Below, piece by piece: positions 30,681 to 41,525 of a stretch of 64,000 bases of DNA. Origin of the DNA: an uncultured bacterium (GTDB lineage: Bacteria; Verrucomicrobiota; Verrucomicrobiia; Limisphaerales; UBA8199). The stretch covers positions 768,001 to 832,000 of the forward strand of contig CAVVMW010000023.1 of assembly GCA_963749495.1 (NCBI GenBank), written 5' to 3'. The translations under genes and the position numbers were made by a program. The notes under the pieces are model-generated. The model was given only the letters and a program-made list of their open reading frames with translations, was not told the DNA's origin and made no database searches. Positions within the stretch are counted from its first letter, which is position 1; each line of letters starts with the position of its first letter.

Positions 30681-31133
30681 ATGTTCACCAAAATCGCAAA
30701 GCCCTTGCTCGAAGGAGAAAGCACGCTCCACCTGGTTGTCTGCCGGGACAGTGACACCCAACTGCGCGTCACTGTCCATGTGATGGACCCCAAGCCGGAT
30801 GCCAACGCGAAGGAATCGGCGCTCTCGCGGCCTGTCACCATCGTGGACACGCCGGAGAATTTGGACGCCACCCTGGGTGACCAGCTCGCCAATTTCCAGG
30901 CGACTCGCCAGGAAGCGCGGTCCTCGCTCGCAGACGTTACCGCGGCACTCAAGGAGGAAGCTGACCAGAACCGCAAGAAGGCCCGGCAAACCCGCGCCAA
31001 ACTTGGAGCGCCTGAGAAGACTGGCGTCTCGGATACCACAGCCGCCAAAGCTGAGCGAACCGGAACGGCCCAAATGCAGCTTGGCGAGGCCACGCCAGCC
31101 CCGGCGCCCGCCCCCGTTGCCGCCGCAGCGTAG
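30681..31133 (+). CDS. PRTRC system protein E
   Basis: MFTKIAKPLL...LRVTV...ALSRPVTIVDTPENLDA and a low-complexity tail. First gene of the cassette. Confidence 0.8.
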   Translation: MFTKIAKPLLEGESTLHLVVCRDSDTQLRVTVHVMDPKPDANAKESALSRPVTIVDTPENLDATLGDQLANFQATRQEARSSLADVTAALKEEADQNRKKARQTRAKLGAPEKTGVSDTTAAKAERTGTAQMQLGEATPAPAPAPVAAAA

Positions 31134-31160
31134 CCAGAAACACAAAGGACTATCGACATT

Positions 31161-31382
31161 ATGAGCGTTACAGCCACCGCCAAGCTCAAACCCCTGACCC
31201 GGGTTTTCCAGTGGAACGGATTGGAAATTCCCGATCCAAACCCGCGTTTGAAGCCGGAGGAAGCAATCAAGCTGTTGAGCCCGGTTTACCCGGAACTCAA
31301 CAACGCCTCCCTTGAGGGCCCCTCTTTCCATGGGGACGATGAGGTCTACAAGCTTTGCACCCGCCTCGGCACCAAAGGGTGA
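31161..31382 (+). CDS. PRTRC system protein C (prokaryotic ubiquitin-like)
   Basis: RVFQWNG.EIPDPNP...YPELNNA..EGP...GTKG. Confidence 0.9.
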   Translation: MSVTATAKLKPLTRVFQWNGLEIPDPNPRLKPEEAIKLLSPVYPELNNASLEGPSFHGDDEVYKLCTRLGTKG

Positions 31383-31482
31383 AAAGAGGGAGGCGAACTT
31401 CGCCGCGTCGCATCCTTCGCGCGTGCCATTGCGAAGAGCATCCCCTGATCCAAGAGGCCCGGCGGGAGCCCACCCAGCAAAC

Positions 31483-33239
31483 ATGCGTTCAAGCCCTGTC
31501 CGAGTTCCTCGCGGCCATCCGCGAGGGCGCACCCGAGGCCCAGGGTCTCAACGGACCGCTGACCGCTTATTAGCGACGCCGCTGCCGCACCTGCACCCGG
31601 CGGTTCCCGGCCGTTTGAAAGTGCGCGAGCACGAATACTCGGCGGCGCTCGTGTACTCCCACCTGACCCAATTGGGCTGGGTGCAGTCCTTGCCCAAAGA
31701 CAGCATCTTGGCTGGGGCCGCGCGATGCCTCACTGGGCGAGTAGCCCGGTATCGGCAGCGGCGGCTCCCGCTGGAGTTTTGCCTCGCCACCAATCTCCAG
31801 CATCTGCCACTCGGCGGGGAGGCCGGCGACGCCGCCATTGTGGTGAGCGTACCCGACACGCAACTGATCGAGTTGCAGCAGCCAATCCAACGTTTGGAGA
31901 AGAAGCACCCGCAGGCGGGTCGTTTCGTTTGGAGCGCGTTGCATCGCGGGTTGGGCTCCTGGGGGAGTACTGTTCGCCTCAGTGCCTGCTTTATCTTCTG
32001 TCGATGTATTACTGGCAGGGCGAAGAGAATGAGGAGCAAGCTCTAAAAGATCTCAAGGCGCAGGGAGAGGACATCTCCCAAGTCGAAATGATCCGGCGGG
32101 CCGACGTTGAGCGGCAATTCCCGAAATGGGTAATCGGCTTGGAAAAGGAACCGGCCAAACCGCCCGCCCGGTTGCGCCAACTGCCCTTCCACGGGGCGGT
32201 AACGAGGCTGACCGCCTTTCGACGCGATCAGTTCCCGGAGAATTGGATCGAGAGCCGCAGCCTCCCCATCGTTTACATCCCCTGGGAAGGCACGGTCTTG
32301 GCCCAGGCGACAGACGAGCACTTCGAGGCGCTCAATCAGGAATACGAAACCGCCCAGTGGGTGTTCCGGTTCAACCCGCGCTCCCTGGAATCGTTCGAGC
32401 TGGCCTGGACACAATTCGAACTTTACCTCGAGGTTCTCCATGCAGTGGAAGACGTGCTTGACGGTCTGCTGGGCGCTGCCGAACCCCGCCCGGTGACCAT
32501 CGGCGTCCCCAAGGAGGAGCCCAGCGAACTGTCCGCAACGCACGCGTTGCTCCTTTACAGCGGCGGGAGCAACAGTAGCAGGGCCATTGTGACCACGCAC
32601 TCCATCGCCAGGGCACCCGGACGTTACGTGCTCCTACCCGGAAAACCGGCCAGCGCCGCAGCCTTGTTCCAGTTGCTGGCCCGGTTCAATCCCAATATTG
32701 CGTACCAGGGGATTCTGCCTGAAAACCTGCTGCGGCACACGCCCGCTGAACTGTTGTGGCACTGCCCGAGCCGGATCGAGCCAATCTTTTTCAAAACAAA
32801 CCAGGAGGAACTCAACGCCATCAGCGGCGCCCGCGTGGTCCACCCGCACCTGGCGTTTTATGTAAATCAAGGCAGCCTCTTTGTTGCCGCCCTGCCGGAC
32901 GACCAGCGCCCGAGCCTGCAAACAAAGCTCTTCCGCGCGCCCTATTTCAACGTCAGCCCGGAAGGCAGAGTATGCCAGGGAAGCATGAAAGGCCCGCGCG
33001 AAAACCGGCCCGAGAGTCTGCCCCAGTGGGAGCACGCCTTTTTTCACTCGGCCTTCACGCATCCCCATGGGGGCGCCTATCGCATCACGTCACACCCAGA
33101 CGGTCATGCGGCGCTCTGGCTGGCGCAGGCAAAGAAGCCGTATCCGAAATTCCCGATCCAGCACCTGGTGCCACTCGAGATGACCTTGGGCGATTGGTTA
33201 AAAGACTGTGCCGAATTCAAGTCTGGTTGGCGCCCGTGA
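31483..33239 (+). CDS. PRTRC protein F running into protein B (E2 family D); frameshift near 31960
   Basis: F-like LEKKHP and YYWQGE.NEE. B-like LPENLL, HPHLAF, LFRAPYFNV..EGRVCQG and WE.AFF.SAFTHP. Confidence 0.75.
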
Positions 33240-34024
33240 GCAGTTTCGTCCACAAACTCCCGGCCCAATGGCATTCGCGCGCCGTGCATATCAACGTCGC
33301 CGGCTGCGGTGGAAGCGGCTGCCATCTGCTCATGGGGTTGGCGCAGCTCCAGAAAGCTCTACGGGGGTTGGGGCATCCGGGCCTGGAAGTCACAGCGTTC
33401 GATCCGGACACCGTTTCCGAGGCCAACCTCGGCCGCCAATTGTTCACCGAGGCGGATATTGGCCAGAACAAAGCCCTCACCCTGATTCACCGGCTGAACA
33501 TCGCCTTTGGCCTGGATTGGTCTGCCATCCCGCTGGAATACCGGCCATACCAAAGAACCCCGGACCTGCTCATCTCGGGCGTGGATTCCAAACAGGCCCG
33601 CGCCAGCATCTATGAGCGGATCCGGGACGGTCGGGCGGACTACTGGATGGATCTCGGCAACGGGGCCGATTACGGCCAGGTCGTGCTCGGCCAGGTCGGC
33701 CCATCGAAGAAACGTTTGGCCAATGTCGCCGAGCTGTACCCGGAGATGCTGGAAGGGTACGAAAACGACGAGCCGTCCTGTAGCCTCACCGAAGCGCTCA
33801 ACCACCAGGAGCTGTTCGTCAACCGCGCGCTCACGGCCTTCGCGCTTCATTTGGTCTGGACGATGTTCCGGCGAGGCGAAATCCGGGTAGCGGGCTGCTT
33901 CCTCAACCTCAAAGAAATGACGACCGTTCCGCTACCGCTGAAGCGACCAAAACCACCAGGCAGGCATAGAGCCGGAGGCGAGCGTCTAAACCAGGGGTGC
34001 AAGGTCCCCATTCGACGGGATTGA
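33236..34024 (+). CDS. PRTRC system ThiF-family (E1-like) protein
   Basis: GCGGSG, DPDTVSEANLGRQ, YWMDLGN..GQVVLG and PSCSL.EAL..QELFVN. Confidence 0.9.
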   Translation: MSSFVHKLPAQWHSRAVHINVAGCGGSGCHLLMGLAQLQKALRGLGHPGLEVTAFDPDTVSEANLGRQLFTEADIGQNKALTLIHRLNIAFGLDWSAIPLEYRPYQRTPDLLISGVDSKQARASIYERIRDGRADYWMDLGNGADYGQVVLGQVGPSKKRLANVAELYPEMLEGYENDEPSCSLTEALNHQELFVNRALTAFALHLVWTMFRRGEIRVAGCFLNLKEMTTVPLPLKRPKPPGRHRAGGERLNQGCKVPIRRD

Positions 34025-34511
34025 GAGCGTGTCGGTTTTTGCTCGGTGGAAGACGCCCGATGACTCCGCGGGAGTCGTGGCAGTTAGGGCAGCGCTGCGG
34101 AAAGCGTCCCGGGAGGAAGCGTCGAGCCTGTGCCCTTCGACAGGATTGCCATGGAACTCGTGGTGATACCAAGGGTAGTTCACCCTGGAAGTACCGTGAA
34201 TCAGCCTCCTCCTCGACCTGGCACATCGCCAGGCGCAGCAACCGTCGGCAGGCTCCCATGATTCCAGTCCCGACCGTTTTGCTGGCGGGTGGTTGGTTTT
34301 CATGGACGGATTGCCGCAGAGGGGGTTGGCAGTCCAAGGCGAAAAAATCCTGTGACTTTTTGAAGGAGGTTGGGAGCAGAAACCGGTCGGCTGGAATTCA
34401 GTGTGCCCAAGCGGTTTACGAGGCAGGCGAAGGCCACGCAAACCACATGAACCCCGGTCTGACGAAATCCAGGCTCGACAGCCGGCAGTTCCTGGTAGAG
34501 GAATTGACCAA

Positions 34512-34817
34512 ATGAACGCGATAATTGATTTGTGCATTGTCCCGATTGGCGTGGGCGTATCCCTGTCCCCCTACGTGGCGGCCTGTGAGAAGGCCTTGAA
34601 GGAGGCGGGGCTGAAGACGGCGCTGCATGCTTACGGGACCAACATTGAAGGAGACTGGGACGAGGTGTTTGCTGCGGTCAAACGGTGCCACGAAGTGGTT
34701 CACCAAATGGGCGCACCACGAATTTCCACCACCATCAAACTGGGGACACGAACTGACCGTGCTCAGACGCTGGAGGAGAAGGTCAGGAGCGTGGAGACCA
34801 AATTAGCCGGCCTGTAA
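34512..34817 (+). CDS. MTH1187/thiamine-binding family protein
   Basis: IVPIGVGVSLSPYVA, HAYGTNIEGDWD and GAPRI.TTIK.GTRTDR. Confidence 0.9.
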   Translation: MNAIIDLCIVPIGVGVSLSPYVAACEKALKEAGLKTALHAYGTNIEGDWDEVFAAVKRCHEVVHQMGAPRISTTIKLGTRTDRAQTLEEKVRSVETKLAGL

Positions 34818-34960
34818 CACCATCAGCGCGGCCGGATTTCTGGCGACGACATGAGAATCTGCGCACGCTGCGAGGACCCTTGTCAACGGTAGTTCGACCT
34901 CAGAAGCAAGGCTTTTCATTCGGACTTTTCATGCGGAAATGCAATCGCTAATAATTGGGC

Positions 34961-35767
34961 ATGGAACGACGCGCATTCATAAAGGACACCGCTTTGGCAG
35001 CCGGCCTTGTGGCGGCCATGCCCTGGTCGAACCTCGCCCGGTCTGCGGAGAACTCTGATGCCCCGGTGTGGGACCTACATGTTCACATGGCGCCAGGCTT
35101 TTCGATTGAACAGATCCTGGAATTGGCCCGGCAGCGCAAGGTTCGCTTCGGTATCCTGGAGCATCCCGCCCCCGGACCGATCAAGAACGACGCCGACCTG
35201 AGGCGCTATATCGAGCGCCTGCGTCAGTACCCGGTCCGGATCGGGCTGCAACCGGTGCACCTGGGATGGTCCAGGAACTTCTCTCCCGAAGTCCTGGCCC
35301 AGCTTGATTATGTGCTGATGGATCCGCAGACCATCCCGCTGGGAAACGGCGAATTCATGCACATTTGGGAATTCAGCACCTACGTGGAAGACACGGAAGA
35401 ATTCATGGAGAAATACATGGCTTACAGCCTGGAAATCCTCCGAAACGAGCCGATCAACATCTTCGGCTGGCCGCTGTTCCTGCCGGTTTGCATCGCGCGC
35501 GACTACTACACCTTGTGGACCGACGACCGCATGCAGCAGCTCATTGCCGCTGCCAAGAGGCGAAACATCGCCTTTGAGATCAACGACATGGCGCACACGC
35601 CGCACGAGAAGTTCATCAGGATGGCCAAAGAGCAGGGCCTGAAGTTCACGTTCGGTTCCGACTCCCGCAACAACAACGCCGGCCGCCTGGCCTACTGCAA
35701 ACGAATCGCCGCAAAGTGCGAATTAAAGCCGGACGACTTTTACCTCCCGGCACACAAGACAGCGTAA
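34961..35767 (+). CDS. Tat-exported PHP-like metallohydrolase
   Basis: Twin-arginine signal ERRAFIK. DLHVH, EH, FEIN and FGSDS. Confidence 0.75.
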   Translation: MERRAFIKDTALAAGLVAAMPWSNLARSAENSDAPVWDLHVHMAPGFSIEQILELARQRKVRFGILEHPAPGPIKNDADLRRYIERLRQYPVRIGLQPVHLGWSRNFSPEVLAQLDYVLMDPQTIPLGNGEFMHIWEFSTYVEDTEEFMEKYMAYSLEILRNEPINIFGWPLFLPVCIARDYYTLWTDDRMQQLIAAAKRRNIAFEINDMAHTPHEKFIRMAKEQGLKFTFGSDSRNNNAGRLAYCKRIAAKCELKPDDFYLPAHKTA

Positions 35768-35960
35768 GTTTGACCCGGACGAATTGGCGCTGCGTGGATT
35801 TGGCCTGTACGAGCGATTCCGGCCTCGAATTCCAGAGGGTGAGAGGCGATGGGGAGGAAAGGGGGAACTGGATCTCGACGGCATACGGGAGATGGCTCTG
35901 CAAATAAATGAGGCTCCGAGGCGCTGGACCGGTGAGCTTCGAACAGGGCCTTGGCCAGCC

Positions 35961-36011
35961 CGTTTCCCGTTTCCGTTTCCCAGGGACCCTATTGAGCGGG
36001 AAACGGGAAAC
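35961..36011. repeat. Palindromic GTTTCC/GGAAAC element, copy B
   Basis: cgtttcccgtttccgtttcc...gcgggaaacgggaaac, an inverted homolog of 16954-17005. Confidence 0.7.
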
Positions 36012-36024
36012 ACCGACACGACCT

Positions 36025-36061
36025 GAAAAATGAAAAGGGCGGAGGATGTCAACCCTCCGCC
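36025..36061 (-). terminator. Intrinsic terminator of the RRM gene
   Basis: Stem GGCGGAGG/CCTCCGCC followed by TTTTCATTTTT on the minus strand, about 26 nt after the stop. Confidence 0.75.
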
Positions 36062-36087
36062 GGATCAAACTCGTTCAGATTCCGGCA

Positions 36088-36411
36088 TCAGTAACGGTCT
36101 CGACCACCGCCACGCCCACGACCGCCGTAACCACCACGCCCTCCGCCACCGCCCGAACGTTCCTCCTTGGGCCTGGCGATATTGACGGTGATCGCCCGGC
36201 CACCCAGGTCTTTGCCATTTAGCCCATCGATGGCCTTCTGCGCTTCCTCCGGCGTGCTCATGGTGACGAAGGCGAACCCACGAGGACGGCCGGAGGCACG
36301 ATCCATCATCAGGTTGGCTTCCTCGACCGTGCCGAACACCGCAAAGGCGTCCTGCAGGTCATTTTCAGTGGTGTTGAACGAAAGGTCCCCCACAAACAAT
36401 TTGGTACTCAT
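36088..36411 (-). CDS. RRM RNA-binding protein with Gly-rich tail
   Basis: KLFVGDLS (RNP2), RGFAFVTM (RNP1) and an RGG tail. Confidence 0.95.
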   Translation of the reverse strand: MSTKLFVGDLSFNTTENDLQDAFAVFGTVEEANLMMDRASGRPRGFAFVTMSTPEEAQKAIDGLNGKDLGGRAITVNIARPKEERSGGGGGRGGYGGRGRGGGRDRY

Positions 36412-36572
36412 CTGGTTTGTGTATTGTCCTGGACAGCTCTGCGCTGGCCACAATGTTCTCGCCCGCCGGGTCTCAAATCGTCTCTGCTGACAACGAAAAC
36501 GGCGACAGACCTGAATCCTCCGCCGGTTCGGTGAAAAGCCTGTGAATACCCTGCAAACAACCCTGCGAACAA

Positions 36573-36860
36573 CTACTTGGCGCCCAAAATCGCGTCTTTG
36601 GCGGCCTTGGCAACCCGGAACTTGACCACGCGCTTTGCCGGGATCTGGATCTGCTCCCCGGTGGCTGGATTTCTCCCCATCCGGGCTTTGCGATTGACCA
36701 GGACCAGTTTGCCCAGTCCAGGAATCGTGAAGGAATTCTTGGCGTTTTTGTACGCAAGGGCCACAAGGGCTTCGACGGTTTGGACGGCCTGCTTTTTCGT
36801 GAGGCCGGTCGTTTCCGCTATTGACGCGGTAATTTGAGATTTGGTCAGTGCTTTTGCCAT
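36573..36860 (-). CDS. HU family DNA-binding protein
   Basis: TKSQI, IPGLGK and RKARMGRNPATGEQIQIPAKRVVKF. Confidence 0.95.
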   Translation of the reverse strand: MAKALTKSQITASIAETTGLTKKQAVQTVEALVALAYKNAKNSFTIPGLGKLVLVNRKARMGRNPATGEQIQIPAKRVVKFRVAKAAKDAILGAK

Positions 36861-37142
36861 AGGGCGGAATGAAAGAGGGAAAGGGTGGGCGGGGCAAGCC
36901 GAAATGGATCAGGAAAGCACCAACGAGAAGAGGTGCAGGGAGGGAGAAAACGAACGGTTCAATAAGGCTCAATTGCGATAATGCACTGCCAAAAGAAGAA
37001 TTCCGGTTTTATGGATCTGATGCTGCCATTTGATACTCGGAGGCCCAAAACGGGTCTTTTCAGGGGCTCAGCAGGGCCAGACCTCAAACTGGTGAACATG
37101 CGAAGGAGGCCGGTAAATGCGAGCGGATCCTCGCTTGTCCCC

Positions 37143-37205
37143 GTCAGGGGCGGAACCCGGTTCGGGAGTTTCAGTCCTCTGCTCAACCAACCGAGCTACC
37201 CAGCC
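37143..37205 (-). pseudogene. Degenerate tRNA-Phe(GAA)
   Basis: GGCTGGGTAGCTCGGTTGGTTGAGCAGAGGACTGAAACTCC has a D-arm and a GAA anticodon loop. The variable and T arms are truncated. Confidence 0.7.
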
Positions 37206-37283
37206 GGCCCGTGAAAAGAGGCGTTTGCCGACGGCGAGACAGTGGCCGATGCGGGGGCGGCTCGGCAAGTCCCCCAATGGAAT

Positions 37284-40150
37284 TCACCTAAAGCGGACCT
37301 CGTAATAAAGCGCGCGGTTGCGGGCACCGTCGATGGTGAAACGGCCCTCGGGGGCGGGCAGCGAATTGCCTGTGCGGCGACCGTTGTGATCCAGCACGTT
37401 CACTGCGGCGACGCTGCGGCCGAAGATCGCGACGGTGGCCCTCACCGGCTCGAGGAAGATGGGGTCCTTTCCGTTGTCGAGGGTGTGGCTGTCGAGGGTG
37501 AAATACCTGAAGCCGCTGTTGCAGTTGCGGGCCATGGCACAAAGCAGCGCGGCTCGGGTGTTCGCGAGCGTGGCGTTGCGCTCCAGGGCGGTCAGGAAGA
37601 TCGAGGCAAAAGGGCAGCCGAGACGGATGGTGACCTCGCCCAACCGCAGTTCCTTGCCCCTGGCGAACCCGACGACCCCTTTGGTGCCGGGCGTGTTCAC
37701 GGTGAAGAAGCCCTGGCCCGAGGTGTCCCAGGCAAGCTGCCCGGTGCTTGAGGCGATGACGCCGCCGGTCCGGAACCTCGATAGATCCGGCAAAGCCGAG
37801 GGCTGCGGGTGGTCGGTGAACTCGACCAGGACTCGACCGGCGGCCAGGGCCTCCTGGGGCACGCTGCCGCCGAAAGACTTGATGTCCCCTGCCTGCGTCA
37901 CCGTATCGGAGAAAGCGAACTGGCATGTGGCCAACTCCTCCGGGCTGAGGCGGCGTGTCGAAATGACCTCGCCCTCGCGCACGTCCCCGCGGTAGAGCAT
38001 TCGGGCCAGGACGGGATATTGGCCGAGTTGGGTCGGCACGTCGGCTTCCCACACGCCCCAGGGCGGCCAGCCAACGCGGTCGCTGAAGAGGCGGGGAGCA
38101 GCCTGGGCCTGGAATTCATAACTGGCGTCCCAGCCCTGCAGGCCCATCCCGTACGCGGCTACGATGGCCGGGCCCTCGGCGCTGTAAAGGGAAGGATAGA
38201 CGTGAATCCATTCACTCAATCAGAAGGGCCGGTTGGCCACCTGCTGCAAGCCGGAGGAAAAGTAGCCGCTGCCCGGATGGGCCAGCATGGAGTCGAACAA
38301 ACCCCCGCCGAAGTAGTTATGCCGGTCCACGTAACCGACCAAGGCGTCGGAGCGCAGGTTGCAGTAGTGCGGCAGCATCGCCGGCGCCTGCCAAGGCGAG
38401 CCGCAGAGCGGGCCGCGGTAGCCGGCATCGCGAATGGCCCGGGCAAAGCGGGCATAGAACCGATTCTGAATCTCGTGGAGCCAGGCGGCGGCATCCAGCA
38501 GGCGCCGCCGGGCGCCGCCGGATTGGCTGGGCAGATGATCCTGGCCGAAGAACCACGGGTTGGTCTGGGGCTCGATGTTCTTTGCCTCAAGGCTCTCGCC
38601 GGGCTTGAGGGCGCCGGACCAGGCCTGGCGGAGTTTCTCCTGCGTGCCGTACCGGGCCGCGAGCCAGTCGCTGAACCGGGCGGCAAAGTGCTTGCGATAG
38701 CTTGGGCAGGCTGTAAAGGCCCTTTCCGAGGTATAGAAAAAGATGTCGTCCTCGTTCTGCAGCTCGATGAATGAGAGCGCCGGTTCCTGGGCATACGTCA
38801 GGCCGGTGTAAGGGTTGCGGTGGTGGAGCAGGTTGACCACCATCTCGATCATCAGGTCCTGGACGTCCTCGGCGAAGTTGACGAACCCGTAGGTGTTGCC
38901 TTTGAGGTTGCGCTCGATCTCGTCGTAAGCCAGCAGGCGCGCGCGGTTGCCAGGGCAGACGTGGAAGCCGTAGGTGTGCGACCAGCCGAAATAGACACCG
39001 TTGCTCTTGAGCTGCGCCGCGAAATAATCGAGCCGGTCCAGGCCCTCGGGCGTCATTTTGGTCGCGTCGGTTGGGTCGCCGATGCCCATCTGGTCCGCCG
39101 GATAAGTGAATTTGTGCAGGCGCACGCCGTTGACACCGTAGTTGGCGAAACGTGCGGCGGTGAATTCGGCGGCCTTCTTCTCCGGCGCGCAGCCGCTCCC
39201 GTAAGAGAGATTGAGGCCCCAGAACTTCACAGGCGTCTTGTCCTCGAACTCGAAGTGATCGCCGGCCATCCTCACGCCGCCATGAGCGCCCGCGGGCTTG
39301 TCCAACCACTGGTCCATGCTGATGACGCTCGGGCCCGTGTCGTCGGCAGGGGCAAAGGCAAACCAATCCGCGTCCGGCAGCGTCCGGATGAATGGAGCAA
39401 GGTCCGCAGGCTGCGCCGCAAACCCGGCTTCGGAAGGGAACGTGACCTCGAGCGTGTTGGTGCGGGAACCCGCCTTAAAGACCTGCGAGGCCAGCACGAT
39501 GCGCATCTCCCCGTCAAAGGCGATCGGGCAGGGCGGGTCCAGGGCCACGGCGAGGTCCCCTCCTTCTCGAGATGCAGCACCAGGTTCGAGGTCGCCGGCA
39601 GCGCGCCCCGGCCAAAGGGGAGAGCCTGTTCATGGTGTTGTCCGTTGGTCTGGAAGGCAATCAACTTGCCCCGCGCGAAGGTCTTGTCTATGCGAAGGCT
39701 GGCCATGACCAGGGTGATCGGAACGTCTTTGGACGCCTTCAAGCCGTAGCGAAAGGAGACCTGCCGTGGCCCGGTTTTCACAGCCTGGAACCGAATCTCG
39801 ATGACCTCGCCCTTCGCCTGGTTCACGGTAAACGGCACGATCGTGACAAGGCCGTCAGCGGCGGCTATGTCCCTGGAGGAGACGCCGACCCACTGCCAAT
39901 TCGGTCCCCAGCCGCCGAGGCCCAGCCGGCCCACGGGCGCTTGGCCGCCGACGAGGTAAAACTCAAGGGAGTTGTCCGGCGACATGACGGCCGACCAGCG
40001 CTCGACGGGCTGACGCAGCCCTTGGCCTAGCGGGCCTTCGCTGCCGGCCGGTTGTCCTGCCGCGGTTCCGGCAAGCAGGAGCCACAAACGCTCACCCGCA
40101 TCCAATGAAAGAGAGAGGTCATCAACAGGCGACGCAGCACGGCGGGACAT
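37284..40150 (-). pseudogene. Large glycoside-hydrolase-like (TIM-barrel) gene broken into three ORFs
   Basis: VKFWGLN, YGVNGVRLH, LDRLDYF, HRNPYTG, ELQNED, DRHNYF and SEW. Frameshift near 39560 and in-frame TGA at 38220-38222. Confidence 0.7.
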
Positions 40151-40375
40151 TAGGAGGCGGTCCGTAGATTAGTCAAGGCGCGGGTACCGAGGGATAGTTA
40201 TAATAGCTGCCCGCGGCGCGGTTCGGTTCGGGCACGCGCAGGAAATCTGGCGGGTGCTCCGCGCCGCCCCATCAATGCCGCCCTCGGAATTCAGGTGGCG
40301 AAAAATTTGATTCTCCGTGGCGGGAGCGGCTGCTTCTTGGCTGCGCCAAAAAACCGAAGGTCGGCAAGCGCCGTC

Positions 40376-40786
40376 ATGAAAGAAGCCGTCACCATCATCG
40401 TCATCCGCAACGGGCACGCCTACCTGGCTCCGCGCCTGAAGATCTCCGATAATTTCGGAAAGCTCGGCTTCCCTGGGGGCAAGCGTGAGCAGAACGACGT
40501 GGATCCCACCGAGGCGGCAGCGCGCGAGCTTGCTGAAGAAATGGGTCTGGCCGTTTCCGCCGGCGATTTGCGCTGCGTGGGCCAGTCGGAGTTTCGCACT
40601 GAAGATTTTGGGCATTACCGAACGACGGCCTACGTCCTGCGCCTGCGCGACGGGCTGCAACCCAGGAACATGGAACCCTCAAAGCACGGGCCGTGGATCC
40701 CAATTCCTATTCCTGAGATTCATGACATGCCTGACGACAAGTTGCTGCCGGGCACAAAGGAGTTCCTCAAAGCGGCTGTGGCCTGA
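40376..40786 (+). CDS. NUDIX hydrolase
   Basis: PGGKRE...EAAARELAEEMGL and NMEPSKH. Confidence 0.9.
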   Translation: MKEAVTIIVIRNGHAYLAPRLKISDNFGKLGFPGGKREQNDVDPTEAAARELAEEMGLAVSAGDLRCVGQSEFRTEDFGHYRTTAYVLRLRDGLQPRNMEPSKHGPWIPIPIPEIHDMPDDKLLPGTKEFLKAAVA

Positions 40787-40792
40787 AAGCGC

Positions 40793-41311
40793 ATGAGCGC
40801 CCAGCAGATGTTTACCGTTTCTGAAGCAAGCCTGAAACTGGGGACGACCACCATTTATCGCCGCCCCGGTGTTGTCACCCGGGTGACGCCGGTTCACCTG
40901 GCGCAGCCTTACTGCGGGTTCCCTGCCGGAACCCTGTTGGGCCGGGTCCAAACCCGCACGCAAGGGAAGCTTCCTCAGGCTTCAGCCACTTTCTCCGAAA
41001 GCAGTGGCGCGGTCCTGGGGCACGATTACCACTGGCTTGTCCGCATGTTCAAAGAGGGGCCCTGTGGTGGTAGGCAAGCCCGGCTTGATCGGATCAACCC
41101 GGGGAGTCAATACCGGGTGGCGCGAACGTTTGGTTTTCTGGGGCACCAACCGTGTGTTTACGAAGAGGGGGATGAGCTCACCGTGCAGCAGTCTGGGGAT
41201 CCAATTGCCACGCTGGTCCGACGAAAGGGAAAGGGCCAATATACCGTCTCGTGGCCGCGCACAGCATTCGAGAGCTGCGTGGACACGTTCGCTCTCCGCG
41301 AGATCTCATAG
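40793..41311 (+). CDS. Hypothetical protein
   Basis: ATG 6 nt after the NUDIX stop; part of a co-oriented run. Confidence 0.55.
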   Translation: MSAQQMFTVSEASLKLGTTTIYRRPGVVTRVTPVHLAQPYCGFPAGTLLGRVQTRTQGKLPQASATFSESSGAVLGHDYHWLVRMFKEGPCGGRQARLDRINPGSQYRVARTFGFLGHQPCVYEEGDELTVQQSGDPIATLVRRKGKGQYTVSWPRTAFESCVDTFALREIS

Positions 41312-41313
41312 CA

Positions 41314-41490
41314 ATGAACACCAAGGCCTTCAATCTGGGGAAAATCCGCGAAACGCTCAAAAACAGCAAGGAACCGTGTCCCTGGCAGCGACTCGTCAAC
41401 CTGGGCTACGGAGAATGTCAGAAGCCTGAGAACCGCAATTGGGGCTACGGCGGAGTGGTTGAGCGGGCCGGGCACATCTACGGAGAATAA
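41314..41490 (+). CDS. Small hypothetical protein (58 aa)
   Basis: MNTKAFNLGKIR...; fills the gap between tightly spaced genes. Confidence 0.4.
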   Translation: MNTKAFNLGKIRETLKNSKEPCPWQRLVNLGYGECQKPENRNWGYGGVVERAGHIYGE

Positions 41491-41525
41491 CGCATATCAG
41501 CCAGATTTTGCCCAAACACAATCGC

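Noticed and set aside
30094..30783. ORFs upstream of PRTRC E
   Set aside because: Competing frames, no clear start or motif; cannot choose one.
38220..38222. Selenocysteine or recoded TGA
   Set aside because: The position is not Cys-like, TGA ends many genes here, and the gene also has a frameshift.
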